This document shows, piece by piece, positions 16,160 through 25,767 of a DNA stretch of 64,000 bases (within the stretch, counting starts at the first letter, position 1; each line of letters starts with the position of its first letter). The notes beneath the pieces were generated by a model. The model saw only the letters and a program-made list of their open reading frames with translations. It searched no databases and was not told the origin of the DNA. The stretch covers positions 1-64,000 of the forward strand of contig CAVQNG010000003.1 in the NCBI GenBank assembly GCA_963713825.1. Direction: 5' to 3'. Both the position numbers and the translations under genes were made by a program. The DNA comes from an uncultured Acidobacteriota bacterium (GTDB taxonomy: Bacteria > Acidobacteriota > Thermoanaerobaculia > Multivoradales > JAHEKO01).

Positions 16160-18562
16160 CTAGGGTACGGAGGAGTTCCAGTGCGAGGTGTCACCCACCT
16201 CGAACCCATCGGCAAAGAGCACAGCAGCACCTTCCCTTCGCCATAGGTAGATGTGGTTTTCTGCGTTGCCGTCGGCGACGAAATCCAGGTCACCATCGGC
16301 ATCCACATCTGTCGGCTGGATGCGTGCACTGACACCGACGCTCCACGACAGATCTCGTCGTTCCCAGGTCGTGCCGTCAGCACCCGTTCCAAACAGCGCC
16401 AACAGATTGCTGTCCGAGTCATCGAAACCTGTGGACGTTCCCATCTCGCCACTCACGAAGTCGGTCAGCCCATCGCGGTTCAGATCCCCTGCCCAGATGT
16501 TCTCGGGCCCGTCCAGGTCCTCTGCAGCCACATGCTCGGTCCAGAGCTGGGCTTTCGGATTGAACGGAGCTTCCGCCCAGAGGATCCGCCCATTGGGATG
16601 AACGAAGCCCTCGGCCCCCACCACATCCAGTCGACCGTCGTCGTTGACGTCGAAGCAGACGACATTCTGGACCGCCTCGGAGAACAGCTGCCGGCCATTC
16701 CAGTTGGCCGTCGTCGGATCCGCAGGCTGTTCGAACCAGTTGTTGGAGATCACGACATCCAGATCCTCGTCGCCATCGAGGTCCCCGAGAGCCAAGCCGA
16801 CGAAGGGATCCGAGACCGATCCGAGAATGCGAGTTCGGGGCCAACCACTGGCCTCTGGATTGGCAGGCACGTCGTACCAATAAACGCCTCCCCCAACGTA
16901 GAGGGCCACCAGCTCGCCCTCCTCATCTCCATCGATGTCGCCGATCACCAGATCATGGTTGAAATGGCTGATGCTGCCGTCGATGATGTGCCTTGTCCAG
17001 GTTCCGGTCACGCTGCTCGGACCCGGATTCCGCCACCAGACGAGGAATGAATTGAACATTGCCGAGACGACATCGAGGGCACCGTCCCGATCCACGTCCA
17101 CGACGAGACCGCCATTGCCTCCGACGGTGGAGCTCGCCTCCAGGGGGAAGCGTGTCCACTCGGGAGCGCGATACCACTGAATCGCTCCGCCGCCGCCAGC
17201 CACCAGATCCACCAAGCCGTCACCATTCAAGTCCCCACCGACCGACCAACCCGGCTTCCCATTGCCGGGGTAGGCCGAATCCACCACGTCGAGAATGAAG
17301 TGGGGGCTGGTCATCGCGTTCTCGTAGTAGCTGATCACCGACGCGCCAGCCGACTCACTGATTACATCCCACACGCCATCTTGATTCACGTCGTCGATCT
17401 GCAGTTGGTGGCTCGGATAGGAGTTTGGAGACAGGACGGACTTGTCCCAGTTGTCGTCACCCTGGAGATTTTCGTACAGGTAGATGCTGTGAACCTCCTC
17501 GTCCCAACCCGGCTCTCCTGGAGCTTCACCGAAGAAGAGGTCGCAGGTGACGATGTCCACGTCGCCGTCCGTCGCCAGATCGACGCTCTGCAGGCACTCC
17601 GGATGATGCAGTTCCGCGTCGATGGCGTGCTCGGACCAGGCTCCGAATGGAGAGCCGTCCGGTTGCTCGTACCAGTAGACGCCTTCACCGTGATGGCCGG
17701 CGGCCATGACCAGATCGAGATCTTCGTCCTCGTCCATATCGCGTGCCAGTACGTTGGAGATGCCGTACTCGGTCGTCACCTGATGCCATGTCCACGTATC
17801 TGAAGGGTCAGCAGGCCCTTCATACCATCCGTTGGCGTAGGCCAGGTCCAGATCCCCATCGCCGTTCACATCGGCCACATCCAGACCTGCATGGCCGTGT
17901 GGAGCCCCCTCGGAACGGTCTGGTTCGATCGTGTGCTGCTCCCACAGCGAATGCGGATTCCCGCCGGGTCGAAACCACTTGATCGTGATCTTCGCGTTCG
18001 AGTAGCTGGAGTTGAGATTGGCGATGAACTCTTCGGCCATCAGGTCACCGTCGAGGTCGACCCGGATCAGGTCGTGCATGTAGCGGGTCTCGTTGCTCAG
18101 GACATGGAACGACCAAGGGGCATCGCTCAACGGCGGGTCTGGATTCTCCCACCAGCCGAGATCGTCGTAGTAGAGAGCCGAGACGACATCCAGGTCGCCG
18201 TCACCGTCCACATCGAAGAGCTCCCCGCCATTGGCACCCATCTGGTTGGTGCCGTCCAAGTTTCCATACCGCTTCCAACCATCGGCCTCACCACCATTCT
18301 CGTAAACGAAGAGGGCATACCCGCCACCCGCTACGAGATCGCGGTCGCCATCAAGGTCGATATCGCCTGCCCGCACCCATCCCGGCTTGCCGTTGCCTCC
18401 ATAGTCGAGGTCGACATAGCGCCGGTGGAAAGGGCGATTCGAGTCCGGCCCGGGGTCTGATTTAGGAACCGACTCCGTTTTGGTCGGCATGTGCGCCACG
18501 GCGAGAGTCGACAGGCACAGTGCCCATCCAAAAGAAACTACGAGGGATTTGAGACGACTCAT
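16160..18562 (-). CDS. Secreted FG-GAP/VCBS-repeat protein with two propeller-like halves
   Basis: Signal peptide, many D-x-D-G-D-G-D-L-D repeats, duplicated GNGKPGW...GNGG modules, C-terminal LFADGFEVGDTSHW. Confidence 0.88.
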   Translation of the reverse strand: MSRLKSLVVSFGWALCLSTLAVAHMPTKTESVPKSDPGPDSNRPFHRRYVDLDYGGNGKPGWVRAGDIDLDGDRDLVAGGGYALFVYENGGEADGWKRYGNLDGTNQMGANGGELFDVDGDGDLDVVSALYYDDLGWWENPDPPLSDAPWSFHVLSNETRYMHDLIRVDLDGDLMAEEFIANLNSSYSNAKITIKWFRPGGNPHSLWEQHTIEPDRSEGAPHGHAGLDVADVNGDGDLDLAYANGWYEGPADPSDTWTWHQVTTEYGISNVLARDMDEDEDLDLVMAAGHHGEGVYWYEQPDGSPFGAWSEHAIDAELHHPECLQSVDLATDGDVDIVTCDLFFGEAPGEPGWDEEVHSIYLYENLQGDDNWDKSVLSPNSYPSHQLQIDDVNQDGVWDVISESAGASVISYYENAMTSPHFILDVVDSAYPGNGKPGWSVGGDLNGDGLVDLVAGGGGAIQWYRAPEWTRFPLEASSTVGGNGGLVVDVDRDGALDVVSAMFNSFLVWWRNPGPSSVTGTWTRHIIDGSISHFNHDLVIGDIDGDEEGELVALYVGGGVYWYDVPANPEASGWPRTRILGSVSDPFVGLALGDLDGDEDLDVVISNNWFEQPADPTTANWNGRQLFSEAVQNVVCFDVNDDGRLDVVGAEGFVHPNGRILWAEAPFNPKAQLWTEHVAAEDLDGPENIWAGDLNRDGLTDFVSGEMGTSTGFDDSDSNLLALFGTGADGTTWERRDLSWSVGVSARIQPTDVDADGDLDFVADGNAENHIYLWRREGAAVLFADGFEVGDTSHWNSSVP

Positions 18563-18719
18563 CACCGCAGCTCGAGATAACACGGAAGAGTGGCTTTCGA
18601 GCCTGACAGGCCGTGCTGTGAGTCGCTGTGTCGCAATCCACAGGGCAAGAGTCGGGCCTGGCTTTGTATATACTCCTGGCCTCGAAGGACCTCCCGATAA
18701 CCCTCGGAAAGGGACATCT

Positions 18720-19952
18720 GTGGCAGTAGCCAGGCAACGCATTCACCTTCCGCCCAAAGGCTGGCGCCGAGCCATGACCGGTTTGGTCCAGGGAACCCTC
18801 TGGGACGGCGACGAAATCCGTCAATTCGAGAGGGCTTTTGCCGATTTCATCGGCGTTCCCGACGCGGTGGCAATCCCTTCGGGGCGGGGCGGCCTGCGAT
18901 TCATCTTCGAGGCCCTTGGCCTCCAGCCGGAGGCAGATGTCATCTGCTCGGCCTTCGCCTATCCGGTGGTTCCACACTTGGCCCGTTCCCTGGGCTTTTC
19001 CGTTCGCTTCGCTGACTGCGAGATGGAGACCCTGGGGATGGATCCAGAGGCGCTCGCGGCCACCATCACGGGTGACTCGAAGGTGGTGATTGCGACTCAC
19101 CTCTACGGTATACCCTGCCGAATTCGAGAAATCGCCGCGATCGCCGAAGCCCACGGCGCCACCCTGATCGAGGACTGTGCCCATTGCTACGGTGCCTCGG
19201 CAGGAGGTCGCAAGGCAGGGGCTTTCGGCCGTTTCGGATACTTCAGCTTCGAGACCTCCAAGCCAATCAACACCATGGGCGGTGGCATGGTCACGACCCA
19301 GGACCCGGAGCTCGCCGAGCGGATTCGTGAAGTGGCTCGGAAGGAGCCCGCAAAGAACCTCGCATGGTTGCGAAAGCGCCTGTTCAAGACCACCTTCGAA
19401 ACGACCGTCACCAACCCGTTGGTCTTCGATCTAGGGGTCTATCCGGCGCTGCGATTCCTGCAGAGCCGTGAGGACTCCGACGAGCGCTACGCATCCGGTT
19501 ATCAGCCGGACGAGATCACGATGCAGGGACGCATGGGGCGATACACGAACTACCAAGCTTCCCTCGGACTGGAGCAGATGCAGATCATTCTGCCGCAGCT
19601 CGAGCGGCGCGTTGCCAACGCCGAGCGCCTGATCGATCAGCTGAAGGACTCCGTGAAATTCCAGTGCCACGATGTCGACGACGTGCGCTCCAACTACATG
19701 CTGGTGACAGCATTGTTTCCCCAAATGCACGCTATGGCTCGACGACTTCTCGAGTTGGGCGTCGACACGAAGCATCACTACATGAGGGACTGCAGCGCGC
19801 TTCTCGATGGCGGTGGCTCTTTCCCCAGGGCAGCGCAGGCAGAGCGCGAGATCTTGCATTTGCCGGCCTACCCGGAGATCAGCGACTCCAAGATCGATTG
19901 GATCGCTGAGAGAGTGCGGCAAGCAGTCGACGAGCTCGGCGCCAGCAAGTAG
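18720..19952 (+). CDS. DegT/DnrJ/EryC1/StrS-family PLP aminotransferase
   Basis: FERAFA, THLYG, IEDCAH, FSFETSKPINTMGGG (PLP Lys), LHLP. GTG start after GAAAGGGA. Confidence 0.92.
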   Translation: MAVARQRIHLPPKGWRRAMTGLVQGTLWDGDEIRQFERAFADFIGVPDAVAIPSGRGGLRFIFEALGLQPEADVICSAFAYPVVPHLARSLGFSVRFADCEMETLGMDPEALAATITGDSKVVIATHLYGIPCRIREIAAIAEAHGATLIEDCAHCYGASAGGRKAGAFGRFGYFSFETSKPINTMGGGMVTTQDPELAERIREVARKEPAKNLAWLRKRLFKTTFETTVTNPLVFDLGVYPALRFLQSREDSDERYASGYQPDEITMQGRMGRYTNYQASLGLEQMQIILPQLERRVANAERLIDQLKDSVKFQCHDVDDVRSNYMLVTALFPQMHAMARRLLELGVDTKHHYMRDCSALLDGGGSFPRAAQAEREILHLPAYPEISDSKIDWIAERVRQAVDELGASK

Positions 19953-19983
19953 TTGGCGTTCTAGATCGAACAACGGTTCTGCC

Positions 19984-21669
19984 ATGAGCGAATCGAATCC
20001 GGGTTCCATTCTGGTCCGATACCGGACCCTGTTCCTCTTGCTGCTCGGCGTGCTCTTGCTCGTACCCTGGCTGGGGATGCGGGATCTCTGGTATCCCGAT
20101 GAGCCCGACATAGCCGAGGTCTGTCAATCGATGTACGTCAGCGGCGATTGGGTCGCACCGCGACGCATGGGTGTGATCTGGGTGGACTACCCGCCGATGA
20201 TCTATTGGGCAGGCACGGCGTCGGCGCACATTCTGGGCGGCATGTCCGAGATCTCACTCCGGCTTCCGAACGCCGTGACCGCGATCTGCTTGGTGCTCCT
20301 CACCTGTGGGGTCGCATCGCGCTGGTTCGACCCTCGTACTGGTCTGTGGGCCGGGTTCGTGTTGCTGACGTCTCAACAATTCGTATATGAGGCCATCAAC
20401 TACCGGCCCGACACTCTCTTCAGCTTCATGATTGCCGCCGGGATGTTCCTCTACGCGAGCGGCGTTGGCGAGCGTCAGCGACTGCTTTGGCGGATTGGTG
20501 GCTTCGTCTTCTTCGGACTGGCGATGCTCGCCAAGGGGCCCCTCGGACTGCTTCTCCCAGGTCTCGTCCTGACGCTCTGGCACGGCAGTCGTCGAGAGTG
20601 GCGACGCCTTGTCGAGCTCGCCCCATTGGCGCTGATCTCCTTTGCGGTTTACCTACCCTGGTTCATCGCCTGTGCCCACGCCATGGGCTCCGACAACATT
20701 CTCTACGAGCTCTATGCCCAGAATTTCGCCAGGTTCTTTTCGGGCTCCCGAGGTCATGGTCAACCGATCTACTACTACCTGGTCCAGATCTGGGTCGATC
20801 TGCTGCCCTGGGGACCCCTGCTGCCCTTCGCCATCTGGTGGACCGTCCGCACCGGTCGGCACAAGCAGGCCAACACCCAGCTCATGCTTTGGTGGCTCGG
20901 AACGTTTCTGATCTTCCTGTCTATGGCAGTCACCAAGCGTCAGCTCTACATGCTGCCGGCCTATCCAGCCGCGGCAATCCTCTTCGCCCCGTGGATCGCC
21001 AGACTCACCCGTCGAGGCAGCCTCGCTCCAGATACACCGTCATCGCGACCGGTCAGGATCTACATCCCGATCCTGGTCGCCATTCTGGCAATCGTCGCCG
21101 TGGCCTTTCTCGTCGTCGCGGTGGTCTTCGAACCGATCGTCGCCCAGATGGACTTGAATCCGATGCGGATGGAGGCGGCAAGGAACGAACGGTTGCCCAT
21201 GGTTGTCACAGCACTGGTCCTCCTGGCTGGGGGGTACTGGCTGATCCAGGCGTGGCGACGCGGCGATGTCCGCAGCATGCTGGTGCGGCTTGGGGTCCTG
21301 CAGATTCCCTTGTGGCTGGCCGTCATGATCGGCATCCTTCCGGCCCTGAATCCGGCCAAGACCTACGAGCCGGCGTGTCAGTGGATCCGTCAGGAGATCG
21401 GCTCCGAGACACACTTCGGCCTGGTCTACCCGGAGTACGCCATGCGTAAGATGGGGGCCTTCGGGTACTACACCGGAGCTCTTGTCGATCGGATGGAGAG
21501 CCAGGACGAGGTGGAAGCCTACCTCCGAGACCACCCGGCATCCGTGGTCCTGGTGCACGAGACCTCGACCGACGAGATCTTTGCAGGTGACGAGCCGAAG
21601 TGGCAGGAGAGGGTCGTGCGCGAGCTCAGAACGGGCCGCGACCTGTACTTCGTGATCAGCGGCCCGTAG
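19984..21669 (+). CDS. ArnT/PMT-family membrane glycosyltransferase
   Basis: LWYPDEP, DYPPMIYW, LRLP, LAKGPLG, TKRQLYMLPAYP. Confidence 0.9.
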   Translation: MSESNPGSILVRYRTLFLLLLGVLLLVPWLGMRDLWYPDEPDIAEVCQSMYVSGDWVAPRRMGVIWVDYPPMIYWAGTASAHILGGMSEISLRLPNAVTAICLVLLTCGVASRWFDPRTGLWAGFVLLTSQQFVYEAINYRPDTLFSFMIAAGMFLYASGVGERQRLLWRIGGFVFFGLAMLAKGPLGLLLPGLVLTLWHGSRREWRRLVELAPLALISFAVYLPWFIACAHAMGSDNILYELYAQNFARFFSGSRGHGQPIYYYLVQIWVDLLPWGPLLPFAIWWTVRTGRHKQANTQLMLWWLGTFLIFLSMAVTKRQLYMLPAYPAAAILFAPWIARLTRRGSLAPDTPSSRPVRIYIPILVAILAIVAVAFLVVAVVFEPIVAQMDLNPMRMEAARNERLPMVVTALVLLAGGYWLIQAWRRGDVRSMLVRLGVLQIPLWLAVMIGILPALNPAKTYEPACQWIRQEIGSETHFGLVYPEYAMRKMGAFGYYTGALVDRMESQDEVEAYLRDHPASVVLVHETSTDEIFAGDEPKWQERVVRELRTGRDLYFVISGP

Positions 21670-21686
21670 GAAGCTCCGCCCGCGCG

Positions 21687-22760
21687 CTACTTCAAGAGGT
21701 CGGAGATCAGGTCCAGGGCGCGATCGTCCTCCGATTGAGCCAGCCAGAACAGGGCTTGTTGGCGGACTGACGCCTCCTGGGACTTGTCCCGAACAATCGC
21801 CAGCAAGAGGTCGGTTCCCTGACCGTCGGGCAGCTGACTGAGGGCAAAGATCGCCTGCTCCCTGACGTCTCGACTCGCATCCGACTCGACGGCACGTTGG
21901 ATGACATCGGCGGCTCCTGCACCCCCTTCCTGGCCCAGCCAAAAGAGGGCGTTTCCGCGCACCTCGGGGTCAGGATCCTGACGAGCCAGAGTGGTAAGGC
22001 GCTCTATTGCTCCTGGCGCCGAGCTCAGGGTGAGTGCGAAGGCGATGTGGGTCTTGATGTCAGCGTCTTTCTCGTTCGCGAGCAGGCGATCCAGAACTTC
22101 TAGACCGGCCGTTCCTCTGGCCTCCCCAAGCCAGAAGATGGCCTCCTCGCGCAGCGAGTCCGACGGGCTCGAGTTGGCGATAGCGGCCAGCTCCCGGTCA
22201 GCCGCCTCTCCGTCGTGGAGGGCAATCGCCAGCAGGGCCTCGTCCGCCAGATCTACAGGGTCTCCCTGTTCCACGTCACCGCGGATCAGAGATGCCAACC
22301 AGGCAACGCTCTGGTCCGCATTCGCCAACTCCAACCAGGTGACGGTCCGCCCGGCCGCATCCAACTGGCAGGTCTCAGAATAGACGCGCACCTCTTCCAC
22401 TCGATTGCCCTCCGCCCGCACGAGGACCGCAATCCCCCGAACTTCCGGCGGGCGATCGAAAGCGTGACCGTCCGACATCACGAAATGACGATCGCGGCTT
22501 TCCAGAGAGCAGGCCCCCTTCCTCGACAGCTTGTCGCCTCGGCCCCAGCAGCAGAGGTATCGATGCCCTTCGACGGCGGCAACGCGCCAGGCGATCCAGC
22601 GAGTGTCGGAGCCCCGATTCAACAAACCATTCACGGCACTGCCCAGGTCCGCTCCAACCTCTTCGACCGCGATCTCCGCATTTACGATATCGGGTGCATC
22701 AGCCATCGCCCAGGAGGGCAGCAAGACCAAACCAACCAGCGCCAACTTTGCAATTTTCAT
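21687..22760 (-). CDS. Secreted HEAT-repeat protein
   Basis: Signal peptide; repeats such as LREEAIFWLG, VRGNALFWLG, VREQAIFALS, VRQQALFWLA. Confidence 0.85.
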   Translation of the reverse strand: MKIAKLALVGLVLLPSWAMADAPDIVNAEIAVEEVGADLGSAVNGLLNRGSDTRWIAWRVAAVEGHRYLCCWGRGDKLSRKGACSLESRDRHFVMSDGHAFDRPPEVRGIAVLVRAEGNRVEEVRVYSETCQLDAAGRTVTWLELANADQSVAWLASLIRGDVEQGDPVDLADEALLAIALHDGEAADRELAAIANSSPSDSLREEAIFWLGEARGTAGLEVLDRLLANEKDADIKTHIAFALTLSSAPGAIERLTTLARQDPDPEVRGNALFWLGQEGGAGAADVIQRAVESDASRDVREQAIFALSQLPDGQGTDLLLAIVRDKSQEASVRQQALFWLAQSEDDRALDLISDLLK

Positions 22761-22806
22761 GATCGTCTCCGATTTTCTTCGGGTTTCCAGTTCGGTCGAG
22801 CCTCGA

Positions 22807-24234
22807 CTAGTCCTCGAGCGCCGTGAGGAGGAAGTCCATCGCCTCCTCGGAGTCGATCATCGACAGGAACTCCAGGGCCTTCTTCCGCAACTCCCGATCC
22901 TCCTCATTGCGAACCACCTCGATGAGAGCCTCGTGGTTGTCCTGCAGCATGAAGGCCTGGAGAATGTTCTTCTTGATCTCCCGATCACTCTCGCTTGCGT
23001 ACAGCGCCGTCAGCGCCTCCCGAGAGCTGTCGCTGTCAACGAGGCCGAGACCTTCGATCGCCTTTGCTCTGAGCTCCGGATCCTGTTCCGTGCGGGCCAG
23101 TTTTCCCAGCGTCTCCGCATCACCCATTAGGAAGAACGCCTCCAGGATCTTCTTCTTCGTCACCATGTCGGTCTCACTGGCGTAGAGGGAAGCGAGTGCC
23201 TCACCCGACTCTCGAGAGTCCACCAGGCCCAGCCCCTCGATGGCCTTGCGGCGGAGAGCTGGATCCTGCTCCGAGCGCGCCACCTCCGAGAGAGTCGTCG
23301 CATCCCCGGCAATGAAGAGACCTTCGAGGATCTTCGCCTTGACCTCGGGATCGGTCTCTGTCCGATAGAGCTCCTGAAGCTCGGTCCTGGCATCCATGAT
23401 GCCCAGCATTTCGACCGCCTTGGAGCGCATTCTGGGGTCCGACTCTTCACGGGCCGCCGCCAGGACCGCTTGCTCGTGGTCACCCAGCATGAGCCCTTCC
23501 AGAGCCTTCGACTTCACTCTCGGGTCTGTAGCCGAGGAGTAGATCTCTTTGAGCGCCTGGCCAGTCTCGGGGCCACCTTCCAGGCCAAGGAACTCGATAG
23601 CCTTCATCGCCAGCTCTGGATGCTGCTGCCCCTTGGCAACCGACTCCAGGATTTCCTGCGCCCGCGAAGAACCGCTCTGGCTGAGAACGAAGAGCGCCTT
23701 TTCCTTCAACTGCACCGAATGATCGCCCTGCAGAAACTCTTCCAAGACAGGGATGGCTCGTTCAGAGTCCATGTGCATGATGGAGTTCAGCGCGTAGAGC
23801 TTGAGCTCTTCGTCCTCTTCATCTCCAGGGTCGACCGCTCGACCACTCCCTTGTCTGGCTTCGACTTCGAGAGCTCGAGCATCATCGATCCAGGGGCTCT
23901 CGCTATAGTCCTCCTTCAGCTGTTGTAGGCTCTCGCGAGCGAGGCTCGCGCGGCCCCTTTTGAGCTGGACGTAGGCCTTCCAATAGAGAGCCGCATCCGC
24001 ATCACCACCGCCGCCATCGGCCACCTGCGTAAACAGGGCCTCCGCTTCTTCCCAGTCTTCGTTGGTCAGCGCTCGCTGGGCCTCACGGTAGGAGTCGCTC
24101 CGCCCTCCCTCGGCCGGATCGGCGGCGTTCCACGTGACGTTCATATCCATCCAGGCCGCGAGCGGCGACGCCACCAGAAGTAGTGCGATCGAGAGATAGG
24201 TCAGATTGGACTGTAGTTTCTTCATGAGATTCAT
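22807..24234 (-). CDS. Secreted TPR + HEAT-repeat protein
   Basis: Signal peptide, TPR-like DAALYWKAY, repeated DPxLRxKAIEGLG units. Confidence 0.85.
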   Translation of the reverse strand: MNLMKKLQSNLTYLSIALLLVASPLAAWMDMNVTWNAADPAEGGRSDSYREAQRALTNEDWEEAEALFTQVADGGGGDADAALYWKAYVQLKRGRASLARESLQQLKEDYSESPWIDDARALEVEARQGSGRAVDPGDEEDEELKLYALNSIMHMDSERAIPVLEEFLQGDHSVQLKEKALFVLSQSGSSRAQEILESVAKGQQHPELAMKAIEFLGLEGGPETGQALKEIYSSATDPRVKSKALEGLMLGDHEQAVLAAAREESDPRMRSKAVEMLGIMDARTELQELYRTETDPEVKAKILEGLFIAGDATTLSEVARSEQDPALRRKAIEGLGLVDSRESGEALASLYASETDMVTKKKILEAFFLMGDAETLGKLARTEQDPELRAKAIEGLGLVDSDSSREALTALYASESDREIKKNILQAFMLQDNHEALIEVVRNEEDRELRKKALEFLSMIDSEEAMDFLLTALED

Positions 24235-24237
24235 CTC

Positions 24238-25008
24238 CTATACATCGAGAGCGGAACGCTCTTCGGAAGCAGGTTTTCGGGTGCCTCGCACTTCTTCCCG
24301 TAGGCGAGATCCCACGACACGAACCTTGAACAACAGGCCGCCTTCATCGAGGCGAACACGGAGCTCTCCGAGGTCGGAGGAGGGAATCGTCTGCGGACTG
24401 TTGGCCAGTTCCACCAGCACCCTCTCCAACTGCTCCAACAGAGCCGCCACATCGGCTTGCCCCGACTGCTGGGCCGCCTGGCGATAGAGCCTGCTGTCGG
24501 AACGGAGTCGACCTGCCAGCTGCCGTTCGGCCGAAATGTCGAACTCTCCGTTGTCCTGGGTATTGGCCAACTCCACCAGTAGCATTTCGGACTTTTCCAG
24601 ATGATCGGCGACCGTCAGGAGCAGGACCCGCTCCTGCCCGTCGTAGCCCCCCGCAGCAAGCTCTACCTGTTGCTGGGGCCAGAGTCGACCAGCGAGAAAG
24701 GCGACCACGACGAGCAGCAGGGTCGCCGCCACCAGGGCCCATTCACGGCGCGGCTTGAGAAGCTTCCAAGCCCAGAATCCGGAACGACGCTGCTCCAGCC
24801 GGGGAGCCAACCGATGCCAGACCGCCGACCCGTAGGAAGGGTGGCGCTCAGGAATCTCCGGCTCCTCGACCGCATCCAGGACACCACGCAGAGCTTCGAA
24901 ACGTCGTTGCAGCTCCGGAGAGGCCTCGATCTGTCGGCCAATCTCCTCGGCCTCCGCAGCTTCACCGTAGTAGTAGAGGATCAGTTGCTCATCCGTGATT
25001 GGTTTCAT
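24238..25008 (-). CDS. Putative membrane-anchored anti-sigma factor
   Basis: MKPITDEQLILYYYGE N-terminus, single TM, overlaps the ECF sigma gene. Confidence 0.75.
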   Translation of the reverse strand: MKPITDEQLILYYYGEAAEAEEIGRQIEASPELQRRFEALRGVLDAVEEPEIPERHPSYGSAVWHRLAPRLEQRRSGFWAWKLLKPRREWALVAATLLLVVVAFLAGRLWPQQQVELAAGGYDGQERVLLLTVADHLEKSEMLLVELANTQDNGEFDISAERQLAGRLRSDSRLYRQAAQQSGQADVAALLEQLERVLVELANSPQTIPSSDLGELRVRLDEGGLLFKVRVVGSRLREEVRGTRKPASEERSALDV

Positions 25009-25570
25009 GACTTTCCTCCACCATCGGACCGAGAGCGGCCCGTAATTTCTTGACTGCCCGAAAGACGGCGTTCCGGGACGCACCGGCCCGAATCCCCAGA
25101 ATGCGCCCGATCTCGGCGCTCGTGTGGCCCTCGAAATGGCGTAGCAAGAAGGCCGTTCTTTCTGTGGGGCTGAGCCCATTTAGCACCTGCCGTACGGCCC
25201 GACCGAGCTCACTGCTTGCCGCCACTCGATCGGGATGCGGATCGCCGTTCACCATCGCTTCGAGCTCGACTCGCTCTTCGATGGTCTCGCGCTGGGAACG
25301 GCGACCTTCTTTTCTCATCATGTCCATGGCACAGTTGACGGCGATGCGGTGCAGCCAGGTCCCGAACTGCGCCCGGCCGTCGAAAAGGTGGAGCTTGCGA
25401 TAGGCGCGTAGAAAAGCCTCCTGGACCACGTCTTCGGCGTTCTCTTCACTGCCGGTGAGACGGTAAGCTGTGCGGAAGATCCTCTGACTGTGCCCTTCGA
25501 CAAGTTGTCTGAAGGCATCCGAGTCTCCGGCGCGCGCTTGCTCCACGAGTTCAAGGTCATTTCCCTCCAT
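24989..25570 (-). CDS. ECF RNA polymerase sigma factor
   Basis: AEDVVQEAFLRAY, FGTWLHRIAVN, region 4 LSPTERTAFLLRHFEG. Start could be 25579. Confidence 0.95.
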   Translation of the reverse strand: MEGNDLELVEQARAGDSDAFRQLVEGHSQRIFRTAYRLTGSEENAEDVVQEAFLRAYRKLHLFDGRAQFGTWLHRIAVNCAMDMMRKEGRRSQRETIEERVELEAMVNGDPHPDRVAASSELGRAVRQVLNGLSPTERTAFLLRHFEGHTSAEIGRILGIRAGASRNAVFRAVKKLRAALGPMVEESHETNHG

Positions 25571-25767
25571 TCCTCTCATTAGACGCACCCTCGTCTCGTG
25601 TCGTTAGCCAGATCTGGCAACATCATCTCTCACACCTCGGGCCAGGAGAAATCGCCCTCGCGACCACAGTCGAGCCAATGCCATCCTGTCCGGCTCGATC
25701 ACCCGGGCACACGGCTTGCAAACGGTAGACTCGGTACCGCACACGAATGGTAGAGAGCTCGCCAGCC

